Source of the DNA: an uncultured Bacteroidota bacterium
Lineage (GTDB): Bacteria; Bacteroidota; Rhodothermia; Rhodothermales; DATKEJ01
Length of the DNA stretch: 64,000 nt
Direction: 5' to 3'
Assembly: GCA_963768715.1 (NCBI GenBank)
Contig: CAVYJC010000010.1
Coordinates: forward strand, 151,458-215,457
Shown here: positions 37,257 to 45,656 of the stretch, one piece after another
Layout of the letters: the number at the start of each line of letters is the position of its first letter
How positions within the stretch are numbered: the stretch's first letter is position 1
Position numbers and translations under genes: made by a program
The notes under the pieces: model-generated
Seen by the model: only the letters and a program-made list of their open reading frames with translations
Told to the model about the DNA's origin: nothing
The model's database searches: none

Positions 37257-37311
37257 ACGTTTTCGGATGAGCGTGTCGGGAAGGAGCCTGTCGGCGCCCA
37301 AACCGGTCCGT

Positions 37312-37998
37312 TCAAATGAGCACCCCCAGTCTGAGCATCACGCTGCGAAGCTGGTGCGCCTCGTCGGCGACGAACTCGAAATCGCCGATCTTGATACGCT
37401 TGTCGATAATGCTCGAGGTGTCGAAAGCCATACGAAATTCGGGTAGCAGTTTCACACCCATAAGGCTAAGCTCGACGCCGGCACCGAAGTTGCCGGCCAC
37501 GCCGAACGATTTGAGGTTGTCACTTACCTCGTTGATCAGGCTCGTCTCCGTTCGAAAACGAAACTCCGGACCGACAAATATGTACGGCTGCACCACCGCC
37601 AGACCGATGCTGTAGCGGACGTCGACCGGGATCGTCACGTAGCGGACGGTAAAATCGTCGTTGATCTGCAGTTTGTCTTCTTCGGGCAGCGCGTCGTTTA
37701 TGAAATCGGCCAGGCCGTCCTTGAAAATCGTGCCGGCATTCATGTAGAAAATGCCGGGCTTGATCCCGAACGGACCAAGCGGAATGTCTGCTATGACACC
37801 GACGTGGTAGCCCTGACGGCTGTTGTAGACCGCCGTCGTCGAGCCAAAATCGACGTTGTCGATGTCCGTATAGTTCAAACCTGCCGCAACGCCGAAACGA
37901 ATCTGAGCTTCGACGTGCCGCGGCTGGGCGCCGATGGCAATGACTGCTCCGACCAGCAGATAAAGCGTGGAGAATTTGTACTTCACTTTGCCTCGCAC
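37312..37998 (-). CDS. small outer-membrane beta-barrel protein (OMP_b-brl_2 / PorT-like)
   Basis: 228 aa with a signal peptide, 'FGVAAGLNY' style strands and a terminal aromatic/hydrophobic strand. It uses a GTG start. Confidence 0.55.
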   Translation of the reverse strand: MRGKVKYKFSTLYLLVGAVIAIGAQPRHVEAQIRFGVAAGLNYTDIDNVDFGSTTAVYNSRQGYHVGVIADIPLGPFGIKPGIFYMNAGTIFKDGLADFINDALPEEDKLQINDDFTVRYVTIPVDVRYSIGLAVVQPYIFVGPEFRFRTETSLINEVSDNLKSFGVAGNFGAGVELSLMGVKLLPEFRMAFDTSSIIDKRIKIGDFEFVADEAHQLRSVMLRLGVLI

Positions 37999-38153
37999 TT
38001 CTTGGTTGACCGAAGTCTCCGGTTAACGGCGGGGCTCCGGGAAAGGTTCAGTTCAGCGCGACATGATGGAATGAAAACCGCCCTGTCCCCGTTTGCAACC
38101 TTATCCGAAATATCAGGTAGGATTGGAGCAACCGACCAAAACACCGCCCGCAA

Positions 38154-39302
38154 ATGAAAATTGGGATTACCTGCTATCCTACCTATGGAGGAAGCGGAGT
38201 ACTCGCAACGGAGTTGGGTAAGGCGTTAGCCAAACGAGGGCACGCGATCCATTTTATCGCATACGCACTGCCTCACCGTCTCAATCATGTCGAAGACGGA
38301 CTCGTTTTCCACGAGGTCAGCGTTAACTCCTATCCGCTTTTTGAATATCCACCGTACTCCCTCGCATTGACGAGCAAAATGGTCGACGTCGTGAATTATG
38401 AGGGGCTCGATCTCCTGCACGTCCACTACGCGATTCCGCACGCAACGAGTGCCGTGCAGGCGCGTGAGATTCTGGAAACGGTTGGAAAGTACATTCCGGT
38501 CGTAACGACGCTTCACGGCACCGACATTACGCTCGTCGGACAGGATCCCTCCTACGCGCCGGTCGTCACCCATTCGATCAATCGATCGGATGGTGTAACC
38601 GCGGTCTCGGAATACCTGCGTGGCGAGACTTTCAACCAGTTCGACATCAAGGTGCCGATCGAGGTTATTCCCAACTTCGTGGACACGAGCCGGTTCAGGA
38701 GGCTTCCGAAGGAGCATTTCAAGCAGGCACTATGCCCCGACGGCGAGAAGGTCGTCATTCACGTCTCGAACTTTCGGAAGGTGAAACGGGCGTGTGACGT
38801 AGTGCGCGTGTTTGCACGCCTCCTCGAGGAAGGGATGGCGCTGAAGCTGCTCCTCGTCGGAGACGGCCCGGATCGTCTGCCGGCTGAGCACCTCGCGCGG
38901 GACCTCGGGGTGCACGACCATTGTCGCTTTTTGGGCAAGCAGGAACCCATCGAAGAAATTCTCTCGATCGCTGATCTGATGCTCATGCCGAGCGGATCGG
39001 AGTCGTTCGGACTCGCGGCTCTGGAAGCCATGTCGTGCGGCGTGCCCGTCGTTTCATCGGATATCGGGGGACTTCCGGAGCTCAACGTCGACGGGATAAC
39101 CGGCTATCTTTGCCCTCTGGACGATCTTGAGTGTTTCGTCGAGCGATCGTCGCGCATCCTCAGGGACGAGGATCTTCAACGCGAGATGGGCCATGCGGCT
39201 CGCGCGAGGTCAGTCGAGAACTTCGACATCGGCCAGATCGTGCCTCGCTACGAGGCGTATTACGAAGAGGTCATGGATCGCGCGCTGCGACAGCCGGCGT
39301 AG
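38154..39302 (+). CDS. bshA: N-acetyl-alpha-D-glucosaminyl L-malate synthase (bacillithiol biosynthesis GT4)
   Basis: The N-terminus 'MKIGITCYPTYGGSGVLATELGKALAKRGHAIHFI' is highly characteristic of BshA. The GT4 'PSGSESFGLAALEAMSCGVPVV' motif is present. Confidence 0.8.
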   Translation: MKIGITCYPTYGGSGVLATELGKALAKRGHAIHFIAYALPHRLNHVEDGLVFHEVSVNSYPLFEYPPYSLALTSKMVDVVNYEGLDLLHVHYAIPHATSAVQAREILETVGKYIPVVTTLHGTDITLVGQDPSYAPVVTHSINRSDGVTAVSEYLRGETFNQFDIKVPIEVIPNFVDTSRFRRLPKEHFKQALCPDGEKVVIHVSNFRKVKRACDVVRVFARLLEEGMALKLLLVGDGPDRLPAEHLARDLGVHDHCRFLGKQEPIEEILSIADLMLMPSGSESFGLAALEAMSCGVPVVSSDIGGLPELNVDGITGYLCPLDDLECFVERSSRILRDEDLQREMGHAARARSVENFDIGQIVPRYEAYYEEVMDRALRQPA

Positions 39303-39322
39303 GTCGTGTCTTTTCTCGCCTG

Positions 39323-40657
39323 CTAGAGGGCGCTCAGAGCATCCGTGAGGATGTCGGCCGCCTCTTCGATCTCTGACTCCGAAACCGCCAGCCGCGGTCG
39401 GAAACGCAGCGTACTGACCCCGCATCCGAGGATGAGAAGTCCTCTGTCGAATGCCAGCTTGCGCAGCCTGTCCCTCGTACTCGTATCCGGCAGATCGAAA
39501 GCGCACATGAGGCCGAGGCCGCGGGGATTCGTCACAAAATCGAAGCGTTCGGAAATCGCCGCGAGATGCCGCTGGAGGATCTGACCCATCGCCGCCGCGT
39601 TGTCGACGAGGTTATCCTCCTCGATGACTTCGAGGATGCGGTCGAATCGGACCATATCCACGAGATTCCCGCCCCACGTCGAATTGATCCGGCTGGCCAG
39701 CTCGAAAACGTTGTCCTCGACCTCGTCGATCCGATCACCGGCCAGAATTCCACAGACCTGCGTCTTTTTGCCGAAGGCCAGGATGTCGGGCCGCACGCCC
39801 AATCCCTGGTGCGCCCAGAACGTACCGGTCAGACCGACGCCGGTCTGGACTTCGTCGAATATGAGCAGCGCCTCATTTTCGTCCGCCAGCTGGCGAAGCA
39901 TCTTCAGAAACTCAGGCCGGAAGTGATTGTCGCCGCCTTCGCCCTGAATCGGCTCGATAATGATCGCCGCGATGTCATCCTTTCGGTCTCTGAAATGCGC
40001 CTTCATCTGCTCGACAGCCAACTTCTCCCTCGCGATGACGGCCTCGAGTTTCTCCTCGGTCATCGGCCCGTTTGCAAAAGGCGAGACGACACGCGGCCAG
40101 TCGAACTTCGGAAAATGGGCCACCTTCATCGGCATCGTATTGGTCATCGACATCGTGTAGCCGGTCCGACCGTGGAAGGCGCGCTCGAAGTGCAGGATTT
40201 GATGTCCCTTTTCGGAAGTGTAGCCCTTCTTGAAGTTCTTGCGGACCTTCCAGTCGAACGCTGTCTTCAGCGCGTTCTCGACGGCGAGGGCTCCACCGCT
40301 CACGAAGAAAAGCTTGGACAGATAGTCCGGAATGCCCACGCGTGAGAATGTCTGAACGCAACGGGCCATGTGTCGCGTGTACATGTCGGAGTTCGACACT
40401 TTATTCAGCGCGGCCTCCATCAGTCGCTCGCGGAAACCCTCGTCCGACAGCAGCTTCGGGTGATTCATCCCAAGCGCATTCGAGGCGAAAAACGTGAAGA
40501 AATCGAGGTACTCCCGTCCGGTCTTTGCATCGACCAGATAGGCTCCCTGACTCCGCTTCATGTCCAGAACGAAGGGATAGCCGTCCGTAAGCATGTGCTT
40601 GGCCAGCGTGGGGCGTACCTCTTCGGCACTGAGAAATGATTCTACGGTGATCAGCAT
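39323..40657 (-). CDS. lat: L-lysine 6-transaminase (class III aminotransferase)
   Basis: 444 aa with 'YLDFFTFFASNALGMNHP', 'FDEVQTGVGLTG' and 'FGKKTQVCG' (PLP Lys). Confidence 0.75.
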   Translation of the reverse strand: MLITVESFLSAEEVRPTLAKHMLTDGYPFVLDMKRSQGAYLVDAKTGREYLDFFTFFASNALGMNHPKLLSDEGFRERLMEAALNKVSNSDMYTRHMARCVQTFSRVGIPDYLSKLFFVSGGALAVENALKTAFDWKVRKNFKKGYTSEKGHQILHFERAFHGRTGYTMSMTNTMPMKVAHFPKFDWPRVVSPFANGPMTEEKLEAVIAREKLAVEQMKAHFRDRKDDIAAIIIEPIQGEGGDNHFRPEFLKMLRQLADENEALLIFDEVQTGVGLTGTFWAHQGLGVRPDILAFGKKTQVCGILAGDRIDEVEDNVFELASRINSTWGGNLVDMVRFDRILEVIEEDNLVDNAAAMGQILQRHLAAISERFDFVTNPRGLGLMCAFDLPDTSTRDRLRKLAFDRGLLILGCGVSTLRFRPRLAVSESEIEEAADILTDALSAL

Positions 40658-40824
40658 TGCGTTTGGATGGCGTGACGAAAACTAGGTACTTTGCCGTAAC
40701 GGCTTCTAAGATATTGACCTCGCCGCGTTCCTCAAAGATTGTCGAATTCGCTGAACCTGCGCGAAGGGAACGCTTAAGCGCTTTTCGGGTAGCACGAACC
40801 CCCGAGAATTGACTTCTTTCTGCT

Positions 40825-41820
40825 GTGTCAGCACCTGAAGAACATAAGACGCCGCTTCGTCCAGATGCGGCAAAACTTAGAACGGTGCGGCGCGAACAGC
40901 TCGCCGGATCGGGTGATGGCGATCCCGGTCTCTTCGAGCTGCCCGTCGTGGACACCGACGCCGTGGCAAACAAGCGGGGTAACCGGCCGGACTGGTTGCG
41001 CGTGAAGCTGCCATACGGCGGGCAGTACAAAGAACTCGTTCGGATTATCGACGAACACCGGCTCCACACGGTCTGCCAGAGTGCCCGCTGCCCGAACATG
41101 GGTGAATGCTGGACCGCAGGCACGGCCACGTTCATGATACTCGGAGACGTCTGCACGCGAAGCTGCGGTTTTTGCGCCGTCAAGACGGGCCGGCCGGAGG
41201 AAGAACTCGATTGGGACGAGCCTCGGCGCGTTGCCGACGCCGCTCGCCTTATGGGCGTCAAGCACGCCGTCGTGACCAGCGTGAACAGGGATGAGCGGGA
41301 GGACGGCGGAGCTCCGATTTTTGCAGAGACGATTCGCCTGATCCGCGAGTCCATTGAGGGAAGCACGGTCGAAGTGCTCATACCGGACTTCCGCGGGCTT
41401 TGGGATGCGCTACAGATCGTCCTCGACGCACGTCCCGACATCCTGAACCACAATGTGGAAACGGTGCCCCGCCTTTACCGGCGCGTTCGGCCGCAGGCGG
41501 TTTACCGTCGCAGCCTGGAAGTTCTCGAAAGGAGTATCGATCAGGGGCTGCGAACCAAAAGCGGCATCATGGTCGGTCTGGGTGAGTCGGAGGACGAGGT
41601 TCTCAGACTTATGGACGATTTCGCAGAAATCGGACTGCACGTAATGACGATCGGCCAGTACCTTCAGCCGACGAAAATGCACCTTCCGGTCGAAGCGTTC
41701 GTTCACCCCGATGTGTTCGCCCGCTACAAGGAAGAAGGCGAAGCCCGGGGCATCGAGCACGTCGAGAGCGGTCCGCTCGTTCGGTCGTCGTATCACGCCG
41801 AAAGGCATGTTAGTCAGTAG
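40825..41820 (+). CDS. lipA: lipoyl synthase
   Basis: It has '[13 protein letters not shown]' and the radical-SAM '[10 protein letters not shown]'. The GTG start is taken from the track, so the exact start is uncertain. Confidence 0.9.
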   Translation: MSAPEEHKTPLRPDAAKLRTVRREQLAGSGDGDPGLFELPVVDTDAVANKRGNRPDWLRVKLPYGGQYKELVRIIDEHRLHTVCQSARCPNMGECWTAGTATFMILGDVCTRSCGFCAVKTGRPEEELDWDEPRRVADAARLMGVKHAVVTSVNRDEREDGGAPIFAETIRLIRESIEGSTVEVLIPDFRGLWDALQIVLDARPDILNHNVETVPRLYRRVRPQAVYRRSLEVLERSIDQGLRTKSGIMVGLGESEDEVLRLMDDFAEIGLHVMTIGQYLQPTKMHLPVEAFVHPDVFARYKEEGEARGIEHVESGPLVRSSYHAERHVSQ

Positions 41821-41838
41821 TCACTAGTCATTAGTCAT
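41811..41838. repeat. tandem heptamer array (TAGTCAN)x4 spanning the lipA stop codon
   Basis: The sequence reads tagtcag tagtcac tagtcat tagtcat. The lipA TAG stop is at 41818-41820. Confidence 0.9.
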
Positions 41839-41977
41839 TGGGCGGGAGTACGACAGATTTCGGCGGCAGAGCGGCGACCCGACAGGCACAAGCAAGCTTG
41901 TCAAGACGACCCGGACTCGGCGGACCAGTCGCTACATCAACAACATATTGTTTATAAATAGCATATAACGATCGAAC

Positions 41978-42409
41978 ATGGCAGTAGAACGTACACTCGC
42001 AATCCTGAAGCCCGACTGTGTTCGGAAGCAATTGATCGGCGAGGTGATTCGCAGAATTCAGGAGGCGGGATTTTCGATCCTGGCGCTCAAAATGGTGAAG
42101 TTGTCCAGGGAGGAGGCAGAAGGTTTTTATTCGGTGCATCGGGGTCGACCTTTCTTCGGCAGCCTCACTGAGTTCATGTCGAGCGGGCCGTGCGTCCCCA
42201 TCGTTCTCGAAAAGGAGAATGCGATCGCTGACTATCGGACACTCATTGGGGCGACCGACCCGGCTGATGCCGCGGATGGGACCATCCGCAAGCTCTTCGC
42301 CGACAACAAGGGAGAGAACATTGTCCACGGCTCCGATTCGGTAGAGAACGGGCGCATCGAGGCAGCGTATTTCTTCCCCGAGGTTGAGATCGTCGCAAAC
42401 GCGTCGTGA
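41978..42409 (+). CDS. ndk: nucleoside-diphosphate kinase
   Basis: 143 aa with '[10 protein letters not shown]', 'GATDP' and 'NIVHGSDS' (active-site His). Confidence 0.95.
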   Translation: MAVERTLAILKPDCVRKQLIGEVIRRIQEAGFSILALKMVKLSREEAEGFYSVHRGRPFFGSLTEFMSSGPCVPIVLEKENAIADYRTLIGATDPADAADGTIRKLFADNKGENIVHGSDSVENGRIEAAYFFPEVEIVANAS

Positions 42410-42458
42410 GACACGCCGGTTAGGTTTGGCTGAACGAAAACCTTTCCCCTATGGCCAC

Positions 42459-43729
42459 ATGTCGTGCGACCCGAAGCACCGCGGTCCACTCCTCTTCCCG
42501 ATCTTGCTTATCGCGGCGTCGTGCAGTACCGCGTCGCCGCAGGTTGAGCAACCGCCGCATGTGAAATCCGGCGCTCAAGTACTCGTTGATCGCGGTTTTG
42601 ATAGGCTGATCGGCAAGCGAGTCGGCCTGATTACGAATCACACCGCCATGGTGGATTCGACCCACCTCATCGACCTACTCGCGTCCGACGACCGGTTCGA
42701 GCTAGTCGCCCTCTTCGGACCCGAACACGGTCTTCGTGGTCTATCCCAAGCGGGAGACAAGATCGAGGATAGCGTCGATTCGGCGACGGGCGTGCCGGTT
42801 TACAGTCTGTACGGAGCGAGGCGGAGTCCGCCCGACTCGATCCTGGCCAACCTCGATGTGCTGCTCTTCGACATCCAGGACATCGGCGCGCGATTCTACA
42901 CCTACATCTCGACCATGGGCCGATCCATGCAGGCGGCGGCGCGGGCGGGGGTGCCGTTCCTGGTCCTCGATCGTCCGAATCCACTGGGCCGTCGCACGGA
43001 GGGATTCGTCCTCGACTCGGCCGATTTCTCGTTCGTCGGGTTGTACCCGATTCCCATCACGCATGGAATGACCGTCGGCGAACTGGCGCTGATGATCCGC
43101 GGTGAGCACATGCTGCCCGGACTGGATTCGCTCGATCTGGACGTCGTGCCCGTTTCGGGTTGGGATCCGGATTCGCTCTGGCCATCGTACGGATCCAATT
43201 GGATCAACCCCAGCCCGAACATCCCTGACTTCGAAACGGCACTGGTCTATCCCGGGGCGGGACTCTTCGAGGGTACATCTTGGAGCGAGGGGCGGGGCAC
43301 GATGACGCCGTTTCTGAACGTAGGTGCGCCAGACATCGATGCCGAAGCGCTTGCCGATTCACTGAATGCGGAAGGATTGCCTGGCGTCCGCTTCGAGGCG
43401 ACGACCTTTACGCCTCAATCCATCCCTGTGATGGCAGAGTCGCCGAAGCTGCTCGACATACCACTTCGTGGCATCCGTATCGTCGTAACCGAATCGGATC
43501 AGTTCGAGCCTGTGGCGACCGGCGTACACCTTGTATCCGCCGCTTACCGATTTACGCCCGAGGCTGCGCGAATGGGTTCTTCAACTCGCGCTGGATGCGC
43601 CTCATTTCGGGTGGAACACGGATGGAATCGATGATCACGGAAGGCGTTCCGGCCGATTCGATTGTGGCGGCGTGGGGGGATGAGGTGGCGGCCTTTGTGG
43701 AGATGCGACGGGGGTATTTGCTGTACTAG
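42459..43729 (+). pseudogene. DUF1343 / NamZ-like exo-muramidase lipoprotein with a frame break near its 3' end (or an assembly indel)
   Basis: The body is in the frame of 42384 ('LFGPEHG', 'LLFDIQDIGARFYTYIST'). The conserved tail '...NGFFNSRWMRLISGG...GYLLY*' is in the frame of the 43280 ORF. The junction is at ~43571-43582. The lipobox is 'LLIAASCS'. Confidence 0.7.
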
Positions 43730-43733
43730 TGTC

Positions 43734-43859
43734 AAACTTCGAACGTCAAACGTCAAGGGCGAACGTCGAATCCCTCCGCGCTCGGTTTCTCTCGTGCAGG
43801 ACTCGGGAGACCTGCCTCGCTCGTTCGGGACAAACTTGGAACTTGGAACGTCGAACCTC
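43734..43859. repeat. two arrays of RAACNTS heptamers flanking a 57-nt spacer
   Basis: The left array (43734-43774) reads aaacttc gaacgtc aaacgtc aagggc gaacgtc gaatccc. The right array (43832-43859) reads aaacttg gaacttg gaacgtc gaacctc. Confidence 0.75.
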
Positions 43860-43889
43860 CGTTTGCACGCCACTCACATCGAACTCCAC

Positions 43890-44165
43890 ATGGCGAAGAA
43901 CAGACAGACAGCAAAACAGTCAGGGCGCGACCGCCGCCGGCGGGGGCGCTCTCCGCAGATCGTGATGCCGTTCGAGCGGCGGAACTACATGCTCTTAATC
44001 CTCGGCCTGGCGATCGTCACCCTGGGCTACGTCATCATGCGCGTCGAGAATGAGGTCGATGGGTTCTGGTCTCTGTACGTCAGTCCAATTGTCCTTCTTG
44101 CCGGATATCTCGAAATCGTCTACGCGATCATCTGGCGCCCGCGCTCCAAACCGGCTGATCAATAA
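43890..44165 (+). CDS. small membrane protein, DUF3098-like
   Basis: The 91-aa product from the ATG at 43890 has a basic N-terminus and two TM helices ('YMLLILGLAIVTLGYVIM', 'VSPIVLLAGYLEIVYAII'). Confidence 0.5.
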   Translation: MAKNRQTAKQSGRDRRRRGRSPQIVMPFERRNYMLLILGLAIVTLGYVIMRVENEVDGFWSLYVSPIVLLAGYLEIVYAIIWRPRSKPADQ

Positions 44166-44255
44166 GGCCTCCGATTCGTCGGATTACCCTCGGCTCTTCC
44201 GTGGCGTGTAAGCACGCTCGTGCCGTAAGTTGCTGCGGCCGTTCGAATCAGTGCT

Positions 44256-44732
44256 ATGCCCGTTTTCCTCCGTAACATTCTTATTGGAATCGCCGCGATT
44301 CTCGTCCAGTGGCTGATTGCCAGCAGGCTGCGATTGTGGGGAGCCTATGCGGACATCGTCCTGCTCTTTCTGACGCTGCAGGCGCTCCGGTATGGGCGTC
44401 TCGTCGGCTCCGTGAGTGGTTTCGCGCTCGGCTTGGCGCTCGACGTCATTTACGGCACGTGGGGCATCCAGATGTTCGTGAAAACCGTCGTCGGATTTCT
44501 GATCGGGCTGTTCCCCACCGGCGAAAGAGGGTCGATATTCTTCACTCCCCTGCAGGCGTTCGTGGGGGCGCTGGTCATTGCCCTACTCCATAACGGGCTG
44601 ATGGTCGTGTTTCAGGCCCTCGTGTCAGGGACCCGTAACACGTTCATGATCACGTCGCTCTGGATCGGATCAGCCGTCTATACGGCGGTTATCGCGGGCA
44701 TCGCCTCTCTGTTTTATTCGGGCCGTTCGTAG
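44256..44732 (+). CDS. mreD: rod shape-determining protein MreD-like membrane protein
   Basis: 158 aa with 4-5 TM helices. The N-terminal pattern 'ILVQWLIASRLRLWGAYADIVLLFL' is typical of MreD. Confidence 0.5.
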   Translation: MPVFLRNILIGIAAILVQWLIASRLRLWGAYADIVLLFLTLQALRYGRLVGSVSGFALGLALDVIYGTWGIQMFVKTVVGFLIGLFPTGERGSIFFTPLQAFVGALVIALLHNGLMVVFQALVSGTRNTFMITSLWIGSAVYTAVIAGIASLFYSGRS

Positions 44733-44815
44733 GGACATGCCGCCAGGCATGTCCGTTCCGTGAATATGCCGCCAGGCATGTCCGTTCCGCTAGGCATGTC
44801 CGTGATGCCGCCCCA
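44732..44815. repeat. REP hairpin cluster (left flank of the RAYT)
   Basis: GGACATGCC (44733-41) and GGCATGTCC (44746-54) form a 9-bp stem. A 26-nt unit recurs with a 29-nt period (44735-60, 44764-89). Further GGCATGTCC copies lie at 44775 and 44793. Confidence 0.8.
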
Positions 44816-44872
44816 CCGGACAAAAGGTTATGTTTTCGTTGGGAAAGGTGTCTGATATGGCAAAGGAATGCC

Positions 44873-45385
44873 ATGCATCTGCCCCAGCGGAGAACTACAC
44901 GACTCAGCGGTTTCGATTATGGTTCGGTTGGCTATTACTTCGTCACCGTCTGCGTCGCCGAGCGGAAGAAGAGTCTGGCACATATGCGTCGCGCTCAGGT
45001 TGTCCTGTCGTCGATAGGAACCGCCGCAGAAATAGAGCTTCGCTGGCTACCTGTGCGATTCGATTTTGTCCAGTTGGACGCCTATCAGGTTATGCCTGAC
45101 CATTTACATGCGATTATCGGGCTCGCCCGGAGCTCTCCTGTCGAGGTGAGTCACAGGGAGTTCTCAAGACCGCAGGCTCGATCCTTGTCGATGGTAGTGA
45201 ACCACCTCAAAGGAACGGTCACGCGGTATGCCCGGCGGTACGTAGATCCGACATTCTCATGGCAAGGCAGATTCTATGAACGTGTTATCCGAAACGACAC
45301 CGAAATGGCATCCGTACGCCAGTACATCGTCAGGAATCCAGAACGACTGTATTTGAAACAACGCCGTGGGGGCAATCATGATTGA
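44873..45385 (+). CDS. REP-associated tyrosine transposase (RAYT, IS200/IS605-like HUH fold)
   Basis: 170 aa with the HUH motif 'PDHLHAII', the catalytic-Tyr region 'WQGRFYERVIRN' and 'YIVRNP'. It is flanked on both sides by REP arrays. Confidence 0.8.
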   Translation: MHLPQRRTTRLSGFDYGSVGYYFVTVCVAERKKSLAHMRRAQVVLSSIGTAAEIELRWLPVRFDFVQLDAYQVMPDHLHAIIGLARSSPVEVSHREFSRPQARSLSMVVNHLKGTVTRYARRYVDPTFSWQGRFYERVIRNDTEMASVRQYIVRNPERLYLKQRRGGNHD

Positions 45386-45397
45386 CGGACAGGCGTG

Positions 45398-45625
45398 GCG
45401 GCATGTCAATACAGGCGTCGGCATTCGATCGACCGGACATGCGGCATGTCAATACGTGCGGCGGCATTCGATCGACCGGACATGCCTGGCATGTCAATGT
45501 CGGCCTACATGCGGCATGTCGATCACGCATGCGGCATGTCAATACGTGCGGCGGCATTCGATCGACCGGACATGCCTGACGGCATGTCCCTACATACGGC
45601 ATGTCCCTACATGCGGCATGTCGAT
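45398..45625. repeat. REP array (right flank of the RAYT)
   Basis: There are eight GGCATGTC and three GGACATGC(C) copies. A 48-nt unit is identical at 45441-45488 and 45531-45578, with a variant at 45398-45442. Confidence 0.85.
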
Positions 45626-45656
45626 ACCTTTTTTCCGTATCATCGTTGCCGATCCT

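Noticed and set aside
40401-41453. 350-aa minus-strand ORF spanning the lat-lipA intergenic region
   Set aside because: It overlaps the 5' end of lat in another frame and runs antisense to lipA, both of which have strong family motifs. The product is Ser/Arg/Pro-rich low-complexity sequence.
45398-45625. The regularly spaced short repeats could be a CRISPR array
   Set aside because: The repeat is an 8-9-mer present in both orientations and forming hairpins. Spacing is irregular (12-45 nt), the 'spacers' themselves repeat (a 48-nt unit occurs twice), and no cas genes are present. An adjacent RAYT explains the repeats as REP/BIME elements.
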